64,000 bases of DNA, from contig NC_043001.1 of NCBI RefSeq assembly GCF_006345805.1, positions 89,838,001 to 89,902,000 of the forward strand, read 5' to 3'. The notes beneath the pieces are model-generated. The model ran no database searches and was not told the DNA's origin. It saw nothing but the letters and a program-made list of their open reading frames with translations. Both the position numbers and the translations under genes were made by a program. The first letter of the stretch is position 1; each line of letters opens with the position of its first letter. The stretch is from Octopus sinensis. Taxonomy: Eukaryota. Shown in pieces: positions 1 to 10,985 of this stretch.

Positions 1-385
1 TTTCTGAAAGTTATGGGAGCTGTGCTGTTTTCTGACTTTGTAAACATGTCCATGGGTGTTAGACAGGTGGAGTTTGAAAAGGTGATCAAGGTTATTGTTA
101 GTAAGATGGTTAATAATTTTATGGGTGTCTGCCAAGTCAGCTGCCAGATATCGGAGTTTCAATGTATCCATGCCCAGGGAAGTAAGGTGTTCAGAATATA
201 GCAAATGCCTGATGGAGGGTATTCTCTTGCCTGCACGTTGCTGAACGGTTTTCAGACGATTAATACCATGGGCAAGATAGGGGTCCAGACTGGTGATGCA
301 AATTCCAGGTGAGGCCGCACCATAGCTATATAAAGCCTCAAATAGGTAGCTGGAGAGTGGCTCACAAAGGACTTGCCATCACTCA
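1..385 (-). mobile_element. CR1-group LINE, 3' RT fragment (degenerate; runs off window start)
   Basis: Colinear with 53095-53460 (e.g. tttc[t/c]gaaagt[t/c]atgggagctgtg...ttttctgactttgta), the 3' end of the CR1-group ORF2 later in the window. Confidence 0.8.
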
Positions 386-835
386 GCTACCCTCCAGCTA
401 TCTATTTAAGGCTGTGTATGGCTATGGTGTGGCCACATTTGGAATTTGCATCATCACCAGTCTGGAAACCCTGACTGCGGGTGTCTTGGCATTACTCAGC
501 AAGACCTTTGTCAGCTGCTCTCCAGCTATCAATTTTAGACTGCGAATGGCTATGGTGAGGCCACATTTGGAATTTGCATCACCAGTCTGGAACTTCTATC
601 TTACTCAGGACATTGATCTCCTGGAAACTGTTCAGAGACATGCAACAAGTGAATACTCTCCATCAGGCATCTACCATACTCTGAACGCCTTGCTTCCCTG
701 GGCATAGATACATTGAAGCTCTGATGTCTGGTAACTGACTTGGTAAACACCCACAAAATTTTTAACCATCGTGCCAACAACCATCTTGAGCACCTTTTTG
801 AGCTCCATGTGTCTAACACATGTAGGCATGCCTAC
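386..835 (+). mobile_element. CR1-group LINE 3' RT fragment, opposite orientation, with internal duplication
   Basis: ORF 309-707 contains MVRPHLEFASPVWNFYLTQDIDLLETVQRHAT, matching MVRPHLEFTSSVWNPYLAQNIDLLESVQRRAT of ORF 52970-53884. The segment gccacatttggaatttgcatc...ccagtctggaa occurs twice (~432 and ~560). Confidence 0.8.
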
Positions 836-1526
836 AGATTGTATTTCTAGCTGCGCACAGTGTTTTCTTTTTCATATGAATTTACCCTTGTCTGCGTGTG
901 TACAGATCATGGTGTACCTATTCATGTAGATGATGGTGTGGGTACATGCATACATAAATACATAGATATGTGTGCGTGCTTGTGCGCGTACAGTGATGGA
1001 TTCAAGGGTTTCATTTATTTATGACGTGATTTCTTAATTTCACCAGTGTATAAATACCTATAATGGTGATACTTAAAAAAAAAAAAAGAATTGAACTCAC
1101 AAATTTCCCGATAAGCAAGTGGTCATATTATTTTGTTCACTTTCTTTTACATATGAACTGACCTTCATCTGCATGTGTGGCACAAAATCAAACTGCATCT
1201 CATTTTAACTTTCATAACCTGTTTCAGCAATTTCATACATCTGTAATACTAGCTCTTTCTATTTTATCTTCATCATTATCATCATCACTTATTTTTTTAT
1301 CAAAATTTTAAATTCAAAATTCTTATTCATACTCATCCAGATTTTCTTCATTAAACCTATTTGCTATATGCTTGGTGCCAGATCCCCTAACACATTTGAC
1401 ATATTCAAGTAACTCATTAGCAACTTCTTTCTTTCTCTGATACATGAAGTCTTGTAAATTTTATCATTTGTATTTTGTCTTCAGTGATTTCTCAAACGTG
1501 AATGCTGGCCACAATTTTTGCTAACC

Positions 1527-1746
1527 TTTCTTATTTCTTTATTGCCCACAAGGGGCTAAATATAGAGGGGACAAACAAGGACAGACAAAGGGATTAAGTC
1601 GATTGGTATTGGTACTTAATTTATTGACCCCAAAAGGATGACAGGCAAAGTCAACCTCAGCGGAATTTGAACTTGGAGCGTAGCGGCAGACGAAATACTG
1701 CTAAGCATTTCGCCCTGCGTGCTAATGTTTCTGCCAGCTCGCCGCC
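1527..1746 (-). mobile_element. tRNA-derived SINE, family A
   Basis: Reverse complement of the ggcggcgagctggcagaaa...gttcaaattcc...ctttcatccttt[t/c]ggggtc[g/a]ataaattaagtacc consensus seen at 5016-5230; B-box-like GTTCAAATTCC. Confidence 0.75.
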
Positions 1747-2937
1747 TTTCTTTGCTAGCCATTCTTTAGGGTTGATGGTTTTGCAATATCCCAGACACTA
1801 GAAATAAACCAGCGCACATCTTTGATGTTGTATTCTTTTGTACATGCCTTTATAGGCTTGCCAGCATTTACTACATCTATCTTTACTTACTTATTTAAAC
1901 CCTTTTCTCCCTAAGGAGCATGGGCCATTGGCATTTTTTCTTCCTTGTTCTCGACTCAGGGCTCTCATTTCTGTATCTTTCCATTTAAAGGGTCAGAAAA
2001 GAAGTTGACCTTGCAGCTTTCTTTCAGATTTTGTTGCACTGCATTATAGGTTTCCCTGAAGGATTGCCTTCCTTGTCCAGGTCTTGATGCTTTTCAATTG
2101 TCGTCAATACTTCTCTATGCTATTTTTCTGTGTAGTGGTGCTAGCCCTACACATACTCATTTTTATCTCTGGAAAGACACGGTCCATATTAGACTAGCCT
2201 CTATCCTATAGCCTGTCCAGTACGGAAGACCCTACCAGGAGTTTTGTACTCTGTTGGCATAGCTCTCAGGATCATTGAGACACACAAGCCAACATGCTGC
2301 AAGAAGGATAGGACCTTGTAGTTGACATCTATCATACATTTCATAAAAAGTAAGTGATACTCCACCTTCAAAAAATGTTCTATTCCTTGATCTTAAGCTT
2401 AAATACGGGATGTATAATTTGGTGGTAAATGCTCTGTAAACCCATTCTTATGCAGGGTTTAGGCTCACTCAAAAGCTGAACTCCTGTAATATAAAAAATA
2501 ATTTTACAAAATATTTTCCAAACCATTGTATAGTAATATAAGTAGGAATGTGTGTGTATGTATGTATGTATGTGTGTGTGTGTATGAACACACTCGCACG
2601 TGCGCGCGCGCGCGCACACACACACACACAGAGTATGTGTCAGCGGGGGTGCGTGTGTTGTTATACTGACTCACATTTCTCCATTCTTCTCGTTATATCT
2701 TAATTTTCTTTTTTTTTTACTGGCTATCTTCGCCCTCGACTAGATAATTTAGGATATATATTTATTATTGCACTTTCCCCGTGATTTTTCTATACATTTC
2801 CTTCTTTATCATCGTAGTTATTTTAACGTTTTAACTAACCACAGTTATCTCCCCTATATTTCTATAGTCCTAAATTTTCAACCATGTAAATGTTATTCTT
2901 TTAAAATTCTCCTTTATCTTTATCCTTTTTGGTAAGT

Positions 2938-2971
<34 letters not shown>

Positions 2972-3477
2972 GCACACACACATACAGAGTATATCCCTTT
3001 ATTCCTTTTTACTAACTAATTTGTACGTTAGACGACAGCTTGCTAAAATGCCATAGCCACGAAATATTTTTTACCTCCCCTTGGCAAGATCTTTTCCAAT
3101 CTCAATCCAGTCACTTGTTTCATTTTTCTTTTTTCTTCAATACATTTTGAAAGATAACCATAAAAATTTATTCATGTCTCCTGTTTTTGTATACATATCA
3201 AATATGGCATTTTAATCCTTGTGATCTTCCCTCGTCGATTCTGTACAGTGTATGCACTTTTAGCTGTCAATGCTTTCTTCACTTGACTTATTGCTGCTTT
3301 CTGCCTCCTCTTTTACCATTTCTCTGACAGGTTGCAGTACACCTAAACACTGTGTACAATAACCCCATTATTGTCCTCACTATCATTATTAAGACGACGC
3401 TCTCAGGGAAACTCTAGGTGTCGATGAGGATCAACTAATTGGTCTGTTTCGGAGAACTTCTGGGTCTGGGCCTATGG

Positions 3478-3660
3478 ATTATCATCATCATCGTTTAACG
3501 TCTGCTTTCTATGCTAGCATGTGTTGGACGGTTCAACTGGGGTCTGGGAAGCCAGAAGGCTGCACCAGGCCCAGTCTGATCTGGCAGTGTTTCTACAGCT
3601 GGATGCCCTTCCAAACGCCAACCACTGCGTGAGTGTAGTGGGTGCTTTTTACGCGCCTTC
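3478..3660 (-). mobile_element. RTE-type LINE 3' tail with (GAT)n end
   Basis: catcatcatcgtttaacgtc...catgctagcatg...ttctacagctggatgcccttcc. Near-identical pieces at ~19110-19270, 28005-28170, 37612-37780 and, on +, 57430-57585, where it follows RTE ORF-like sequence. Confidence 0.6.
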
Positions 3661-4130
3661 CAGAAATCCCTTGCCTGGCAATGCTACCGAGGGGCGCTGC
3701 CTGTTCAGGATAAACTCTACAGGCATGGAAGTACTGTCAGCTGGGCCTGCTCAAGGTGTGCGCAGAGTGATGAAACCGTTTTGTACACCCTTGTCCAGTG
3801 CCCTAGTATTGCTAACCTGTAGGTTTATGTCGAACACCTGCTGTCGTATGTAGGATGGATCTAGCTATCAGCTGAACTCATTGCAAGGATTGCCCACTGT
3901 CCTCCTTTGTCTGGGAGGGGCAGGCAGTTTTTATTTGTCCGGTGGCTGTAGTGAAAAAGGTGGTATGGTAGACCTGTTTGAAAGGGCTAAAGCCGGACAC
4001 TTTCCTCTTTAGCCAAGTCCTTATGAACTTTTTCAAGTTCCACTTGAAAAAGAAAGTGAGGGAAGCGTTGTCTTCTAACAAATTTGTGAAAAGGTGGGTA
4101 AAATTATTACCTGTCAAACACTGGAGTCAA
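3661..4130 (+). mobile_element. L1/Tx1-clade LINE ORF2 C-terminal fragment (degenerate)
   Basis: Manual translation from ~3695: ALPVQDKLYRHGSTVSWACSRCAQSDETVLYTLVQCPS, the LPV..KL.R.G....C.RC...ET..H....CP zinc-binding motif typical of L1/Tx1 ORF2 ends. Downstream stops. Confidence 0.65.
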
Positions 4131-4280
4131 GGTGATCGACCAACCCCACCTAAATTCCAGGTCTTGTGCCAATAATAGAAAGAATTATTATTGTTGTTGT
4201 TGTTGTTATTGTTAGTTATTGTTATTATTCTTATTATTGTTGTTGTTATTATTATTGTTATTATCATCATCATCATCATG

Positions 4281-5860
4281 CGAGCTGGCAAAATAGTTAG
4301 CACATCAGGCTTAGTGGTAGTTTGCCTGTCTTTACGTTCTGAGTTCAAATTAGCTGAGGTTCACTTTGCCTTTCATCCTTTTGGGGTCAATAAATTAAGT
4401 ATCAGTTGTGTACTGGGGTTGATCTAATCGACTGCCTGCCACCACTTTCCCAAAAATGCTGGCCTTGTGCCTAGAGTAGAAAAGATTATTATTAGGTGAA
4501 CTGGCAGAATTGTTAGCATGCCAGATGAAATGCTTACTGGTAGTTCACCTGTTTTTATGTTCTGAGTTTAAATTCTGCCAAGGTCAAATTTGCCTTTCAT
4601 CCTTTTGGGGTCGATAAATTATGTACAAGTTGTGTACTGGGGTTGATCTAATTGACTGACTCCTTCCCCCAAAATATATTAAGTAACAGTGAAACACTGG
4701 GATTGATGTTATCCACTAGTCCCCTCCCCCCAATTTTGGCCTGTGTGTCCAATAAAGGATCACTACTACTACTACTACCAAAATGGTGAACTGGTAAAAT
4801 CATTAGCATACTGGACAAAATGCTTAGCAGTATTTCGTCTGTCATTACATTCAAATTTTGCTGGGGTTGACTTTGTCTTTCATCCTTTCAGGGTTGATAA
4901 AATAAGTACCAGTGAAACACTGATGTTGATGTAATCGACTAGTCCTATATCCCAAAATTTCAGGCTTTGTGCTTTTAGTAGAAAGAATTATTATTATTAT
5001 TATTATTATTGCTAAGGCGGTGAGCTGGCAGAAATGTTAGCATGCTGGGCGAAATGTGTAGCTGTATTTTGTCTGCCGCTACGTTCTGAGTTCAAATTCC
5101 CCTGAGGTCGACTTTGCCTTTCATCCTTTCGGGGTCGATAAATTAAGTACCAGTTACGCACTGGTTCGATGTAATCGACTTAATCCGTTTGTCTGTCCCC
5201 TCTGTGTTTAGCCCCTTGTGGGTAGTAAAGAAATAGGTATTTTGTCTATCTTTACATTCTGAGTTCAAATTCCGCCAAGGCCGATTTTGCCTTTTATCCT
5301 TTTGGGGTCAATAAATTAAGCACCTGATGTGTACAGAGGTCGATCTAATTGACTAGCTCCAGCCCACCAAATTTCAGGCCTTGTGCCTAAAGTAGAAAGG
5401 ATTATTATTACTATTATTACTACTATTATTATTATTAAAGTAGAGAACTTGCAAAATTGTTAGCATGTTGTATGAAATGCTTAGCAGTATTTCGCCCTGA
5501 GTTCAAATTCCGCTGAGCTCGACTTTCATCCAGTCAGAGTCAACAGTGAAACACTGGCATTGATCTAATCGACTGGTCCCCTTCCCCAAAATTTCAGGCC
5601 TTGTACATTTACTAGAAAGGACTATTATTAATAAAAGTGGTGAAAGGCAGTAAGATAGTAGAACCGTTAGCCTGTTGAACAAAATTCTTAGCAGCATTTC
5701 TTCTGCTTTTACATTCTGGCTTTAAATTCTGTCAAAGTTGATTTTACTTTTCCACCTCTCGGGATTGATAGAAAAAGCACCAGTTGAGCAATAGGGTTGG
5801 TGCAATCAACTGTCCCCCTCTGTCAAAACTGCTTGAACTGTGCCTAAATTTGAAACTCTT
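4281..5860 (+). mobile_element. Head-to-tail array of about 7 family-A SINE copies separated by (ATT)n/(ACT)n tails
   Basis: Repeated head (g[a/c]gctggcagaa..gttagca), B-box (ttctgagttcaaattc) and body (ctttcatcctttyggggtc.ataaa) at ~4281, 4493, 4785, 5016, 5235 (5'-truncated), 5440 and 5640. Confidence 0.8.
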
Positions 5861-6419
5861 CTTTTTCTTCTTCTTCTTCTTCTGCTGCTGCTGCAACGTA
5901 CTTGTCACAAGTATATTGGAGTATCTCAAAAATATTCGTAAGGGTATATCAGTTTCCTCTCATGTGCTGTATCATTGCGTGAAAGATGCATGTTCTTACC
6001 TTGGCTTCAAATTTTCACACAAGACCAGGAATTTGGAGGAGGTGGGCAGGGTAAATCAATTACATTGACCCACACACACAGACAACTTCAGCTTTATATA
6101 TATAGATTATTTCCCCATTAATAATTTTATACAATCCTGTTTAGCAGGTCTACACTTTGAACTGAACCTGGCACTTGTTGTTTCCTATCAAGAAATTTTA
6201 TGTAAACAACCACCATGCTTTTGAATTGATGATGTCTCTGCAAACTTATCCAGTCAGATTTGTCATGGTGCTTATAAAAAGAGACCATTTTAAGAACCAC
6301 AGTGACAGATAGGAGAACAGATGATATAATGCAGTCATGTATTCATACCAGGTACTACTTGATATCAGCTGATATTGACAGCTAGACCCACCAAATACGA
6401 AAAGTTTGCAACACAGATG

Positions 6420-6690
6420 ATATAAGTACATTATTTACATTCAATGGATATTTGTCCTCATCTTATTTGTCGTTAACACAACGTTTCAGCTGATATACCC
6501 TCCAGCCTTCATCAGGTGTCTTGGGGAAATTTCAAACCTAGGTTCTCATTGCTAAGGTATATTTTTCGTTGTTGTTGTTGTTGTTGTTATTATTATATTA
6601 TTGTTGTTGTTGTTGTTCAGGTCACTGCTTGGAATTGAACTCAGAATCATGGGTTAGTAGCCCACGCTCTTAACCACTACACCCACGGGC
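6420..6690 (-). mobile_element. tRNA-headed SINE-like element carrying a hammerhead ribozyme (copy 1)
   Basis: Minus strand reads gcccgtgggtgtagtggttaagagcgtgggctactaacccatgattctgagttcaattcc (tRNA-like head, B-box GAGTTCAATTCC at 6642-6631), then an (AAC/AAT)n spacer, then the hammerhead core at 6520-6475. Confidence 0.7.
6475..6520 (-). ncRNA. Minimal type-I hammerhead ribozyme motif
   Basis: Minus strand GACAC-CUGAUGA-A-GGCUG-GAGGGUAUAU-CAGCU-GAAA-CGUU-GUGUU: stem I GACAC/GUGUU, full CUGANGA and GAAA core, 5-bp stem II, palindromic ACGU stem III, GUU cleavage triplet. Confidence 0.7.
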
Positions 6691-6925
6691 ATATGGCATA
6701 GTGGTTAAGATTCCGAGTTCGATTCCAAGCAGTGACCTGAACAATAATGATAATAATAATAATAATAATAATAACATCGAAAAATATACCTTAGAAGTGA
6801 GAATCCAGGTTCAAAATTTCCCCAAGACAATTGAAGAAGGATGGAGGGTATATCAGCCGAAATGTTGTGTTAACAACAAAGAAGATGAGGACAAATATCC
6901 GTTAAATGTAAATAATGTACATAAT
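6691..6925 (+). mobile_element. Second, more degenerate copy of the tRNA-headed hammerhead element (inverted relative to copy 1)
   Basis: A-box TGGCATAGTGG 6694-6704, B-box GAGTTCGATTCC 6715-6726, (AAT)n spacer. The body matches the reverse complement of 6420-6570. Core is mutated (TTGAAGA-AGGATG...CAGCC-GAAATGTT). Confidence 0.7.
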
Positions 6926-7828
6926 CTCTTAAATATAGAACAGATGATTTAACTCTTACTAGCGTAAGGATTATACTATACTAGAAAATACTTCCTTTTA
7001 TTCACTCACTTGACTCTCCCTCTATATCTTCCTCTTATCTGCACAAAACTACAGAACCTGTCCAACCAACCACCCATTGTATAAAAAAATCTTTCTGCCA
7101 TCACTCAGTTATTTCTCTTTGGACCATTACGTCCAAGTCAATATTTAACAACAAACATGATAAATCAATGACTTATCTCTCATCCATTTATCTCGGTTTA
7201 CTTTCATCTCATTGTTAACAAAGTAGTGCACGCACACACACACTTATAAAGTAAAAAATATTTCCTTTATAAATTTTATCAATCCTTTAACTATTCTTTT
7301 GAATTTTATTGGCATTTTTCCTGATTTTATCATATATTACAGAAATGGCCATCTGTTTCTCTAGAATGCTACTAGCAGTTCATTTATGTATTGTACAATT
7401 AAATTATTAATACATTGTAAATTTAAGGCTGCAAGCTGGTAGAATCATTAGCATGCTGGGTAACATGCTTAGCAGCATTTTGTTCATCTTTACGTTCTGA
7501 GTTCACATTCTACTGAGGTTTACTTTGCCTTTCATCCTTTAAGGATTGATAAAATAAGTATGAGTTGAACACTGGGGTCAGTATAATCAACTTACACCCT
7601 CCCCTGAACTTGCTGGCCTTGTTCCAAAATTTGAAACCAATATATTGTAAATCTAAGAGTAAAGGTATTCCACCATCCAATTCTCAGTGAGTCACACTTA
7701 TTTCTCTTTCTTCTCATCTCCTATACCAAAAAATCTAACCATTTGGCATCTTCAATAATTTTTTTTCTCAATCACTTAACTAGAAATATTCTCCTTATTT
7801 TAATATTCCACACTTCTCCCAATACCTT

Positions 7829-7864
<36 letters not shown>

Positions 7865-8149
7865 AAAAATGGCCATATTTCATATTTGTCCCTTCTTTCA
7901 CTACCTCTATTAGAACTTTCAAAGTTCAATTGTTGATTATGTTCATATTTGATAAACCACACCTAAACATACTGATGATTTTTCTGTATATGCTTTATAT
8001 GGCTTTCACAAACCATTTGTGTACTCCCTAGCTTCTTCAGTGACCACTAGATCACAGACTGAGGGATTCTGGGAAAGGATTTCCCTAGGTCAACAAATGC
8101 TAAGTACAGCAGCTTACTTTTAGTTAAATACTTCTCCTACAGTTGTCTT

Positions 8150-8950
8150 CTTAGGAAGAAAGCATCTATAGTACTTTTCTGTGGCACAAACCCAAAACTG
8201 CATCTCTTCTAGTCAGACACTCTTATTAATTGAGCTATAACCCTTTATGTGACTTTCATAACCTGGTTCAGCAATTTGATACATCTGTAAATATCTCTCT
8301 CCGAGGCATCTCCTTTAGCCTTGTAACAGTTGACTATGATGCTGCTATGCCAACCATCCTTCCAGTAAAACTTGATGGACTATGTGGGTAACTAGGCCAT
8401 ATTCTACTCCACCAGATATTTTAAGCATCTCAGCTGTAATACCTGATGGTACAGTAGCTTTCTGTGCCTTTATATCCTTAATTGCTTTATTTGTCTTACT
8501 GCAATTAAGGAAGATAGTTGGTTACTCTGTTGGGTCTACGTTTGAGAAGACCCTCCCATGTATTCATGACATACAATAACTTATGATAGCACATTCATCC
8601 CGCTTTCTTTTCAGAATCACTGAGTGAAAGTGTACCATTGTCCATCAGTATACACTTCTCTCCTACAATTTTTTCTGGTACATTGTCTTGCAATCCAGAA
8701 CATGTGTCTGATCTTCACATTATAGAACATTGGTAAACCCCTTCTTTTCTGCTTCTCCCCTTCATAAATGAGCCTGTTGTCTAGCTTCACTCCTAACTAC
8801 TTGCTATAAATACCTGCCAAGCCAATTCTTTCAGTTTTACCAGGCCTGTCTCTGATTTTATTATTCTATCTATCTCACTGTTGCACCACCAACATGATCT
8901 CATCAACCTCAGTCTAGCTGGAATTTTTCCAGGCTTGCATGGGTTAGATT
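8150..8950 (-). mobile_element. RTE-clade LINE RT fragment (highly degenerate)
   Basis: Colinear similarity with 21950-22510 (ggcacaaa.c.aaactgcatctc..., ttttaagcatctcagc, cttaattgcttta). Confidence 0.6.
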
Positions 8951-9000
8951 AATATGTTTTTGAGGTATTGTTTTTCAGTTGGCTGCCTTTATATACTTTT

Positions 9001-9197
9001 CTACTCTAGGCACAAGGCCTGAAATTTTGGGGGAATGGGGCCAGTTGATTAGATCAACTGGTACTTAATTTTTCGACCCCAAAAGGATGAAAGTCAAAGT
9101 CAACCTTGTTGGAATTTGAACTCAGAACATAAAGACAGACAAAATATTGCTAAGCATTTTGCCCACTGTGCTAACATTTCTGCCAGTTTGCTGCCTT
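9001..9197 (-). mobile_element. tRNA-derived SINE, family A
   Basis: Reverse complement of the family-A consensus (cgaccccaaaaggatgaaag.caaagtcaacct...ggaatttgaactcagaac). Confidence 0.75.
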
Positions 9198-10077
9198 GGC
9201 TGCCCTTCTTATATAACCACATACTTAAGTAGCCTGAAGAAGATGGGATGATGTTAGTTACTCAAAGAGGTAACCAAGAAATAATTGTGCTGAAGAAAAT
9301 ATTTATGGTGAATACAGCCTGTACTGACTTCTGTAAGTTAATGGATAACAGCATGACAAAACTTGAAGACTTATATTCAGGTCAAATAGAAAAGATGCAG
9401 GCTTGATCTACCAGTACAATTGTATCACATCCAGTGGAAATGCAGCATAAATAGATCCTCTCCAAATGTGACAGACTTGGTTCTTTTATACCTGTACACA
9501 ATAGCAAAGAGCCCTTGCTGTAACTGGTTGTGTGCTCATTCCCTTGTATCACAGAGATCCTATCGTTGCTGGACCTTTTTTTGGGGGGGGGGGGGAGAGA
9601 AAGCTATTTGTATAACTCATGGCAACTCACAAACATTAATATGTATTGTCAGACATGATATTTGGTGTTAGCTATTTACAATGTAAAATATCAATAATAT
9701 AATTGTCAGCAGGGAGGAAAGAAAAACCATGCTGCGTGTGTAGAAACTACTTATGGGACATCATGTAAATGTTCAGAATCAGTCTGTCTGAGAACCTGAA
9801 TGTCTGTGCAAGGTCTGAAGCTGTCTGCTCAAATGCTGGAGGTTGTTTGTCTGGCAAGAAGTGAGACATGTGAATCAGTCAGCTGCTCTCAACACTCTGT
9901 GAGGAGTTAGGTGTCAACCTGTTTTTATGAGGTGACAAGGGGTTGGATTTTAGAACATCGAGTAAGATACATCATGCTACAGCTTTACTCTTATTGGTGC
10001 ATTTATAGCTCAATCACATGAAACTGTGGTGGCTCACCTGTGCCTAAAGCTGTTAGGAAGGAAGGAAAGAAGGAAGG

Positions 10078-10385
10078 AAGGATTGGTGCATTATCATCCT
10101 GAAAGATTGTGTTTCTCTCTGGAAACAGTTCTGCAACTATAGGATGAATTTGATCAGATAAAATGCTTAAATAGACTTTTCTATTAATTCTGCCATGAAG
10201 AGAAACCATTGGGCCAGCGGATTTCCGAGATATAGCCCCCCCCCCCCCAGATCATCACAGATCCTCCTTCATGTTTAACAGTTGAAAGAAGGCAGTCTGG
10301 GTCAAATGCTTCTTTTGGCTGTCTCCACATGTATATACCTGGGACTAAACCTCTGTATTGGGGCTGACCCGGGACTAGACAGTGA
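10078..10385 (-). mobile_element. Tc1-family transposase DDE-domain fragment
   Basis: ORFs 10184-10462 and 10003-10209 give TVKHEGGSVMIWG and GRINRKVYLSILSDQI...IFQDDNAPI, classic Tc1 motifs (TVKHGGGSVMVWG, FQQDNAP). Frameshifted in a poly-C run. Confidence 0.8.
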
Positions 10386-10872
10386 GAACTTTCACAGCAC
10401 CAATAGCAAAAATAAGGTAGTGGATCGGTAGTATTCGCAGTATTTGTTTTGACTGTCTGCATTGTGAGTTCAAACCAACTTTGACTTTCACCCTTTTAGG
10501 GCAGGTTAGAGAGAGAGAGAGAATCAGCACAGAGCGGTGGATCGGCAGAATTTTTAGAAAATCGGACTAGTTGCCATGCGGTATTTGTTCGGGCCCAGAT
10601 TTGTGTTCTTGTTATTTTAAGCAAATCGAGTGTCCATGTTTATGTTGATTCATTGGCTCATCGTCATTTTGTTAATGTTGAAGGGACCATAGTGGATCTT
10701 TTCAGAGTATTTTGTCCTTGAGGCGTAGGTAACAGGGAATTTGGATTCTTTTTCTTCTGTATACATGTATTGAATAATAAACAATAAATAACAATTTACT
10801 AAACAAAAACATCAATTTTTGTAGTTATAATCAAGAAAACACAAGAAGTGGTGACGAAAGCAACATCTGGTG

Positions 10873-10880
10873 TGACGTAA
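10873..10880 (+). promoter_or_regulatory. CRE/ATF-like motif TGACGTAA just upstream of the PRA1-family start codon
   Basis: Motif lies 26-33 nt before ATG 10906, in a locally CpG-enriched segment. Function is unproven. Confidence 0.3.
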
Positions 10881-10905
10881 CACATATATACACGTAACCT
10901 GAACG

Positions 10906-10985
10906 ATGGATGAACAGCATTTGTTGGAAGGAAATATAGACGGGGCTGAAAAAAATAATTCGTCGCTTACTAGAAAAGGCAAACA
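10906..10985 (+). CDS. RABAC1: PRA1-family gene exon 1 (MDEQHLLEGNIDGAEKNNSSLTRKGK+ca)
   Basis: ATG at 10906 and strong donor GTGAGT at 10986. The phase-2 end joins the first G of exon 2 to make CAG in frame. Acidic non-conserved N-terminus as in PRA1 proteins. Confidence 0.65.

Noticed and set aside
2590-2632. (CG)n(CA)n alternating purine-pyrimidine tract (Z-DNA-prone)
   Set aside because: Short and unremarkable in a genome this rich in CA/TA repeats.
4281-5860. Regularly spaced repeats superficially like a CRISPR array
   Set aside because: Units are ~200-bp diverged SINEs with simple-repeat tails in eukaryotic DNA; no short identical repeats with unique spacers and no cas genes.
9230-9410. 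Short open frame PEEDGMMLVTQRGNQ... and a CTGAAGA motif
   Set aside because: No recognisable homology or convincing splice sites; no GAAA/stem arrangement completing a hammerhead.
10380-10860. Possible divergent gene sharing the PRA1 promoter
   Set aside because: Minus-strand ORFs here have no recognisable motifs, and the region runs into a Tc1 fragment; no exon chain could be built.
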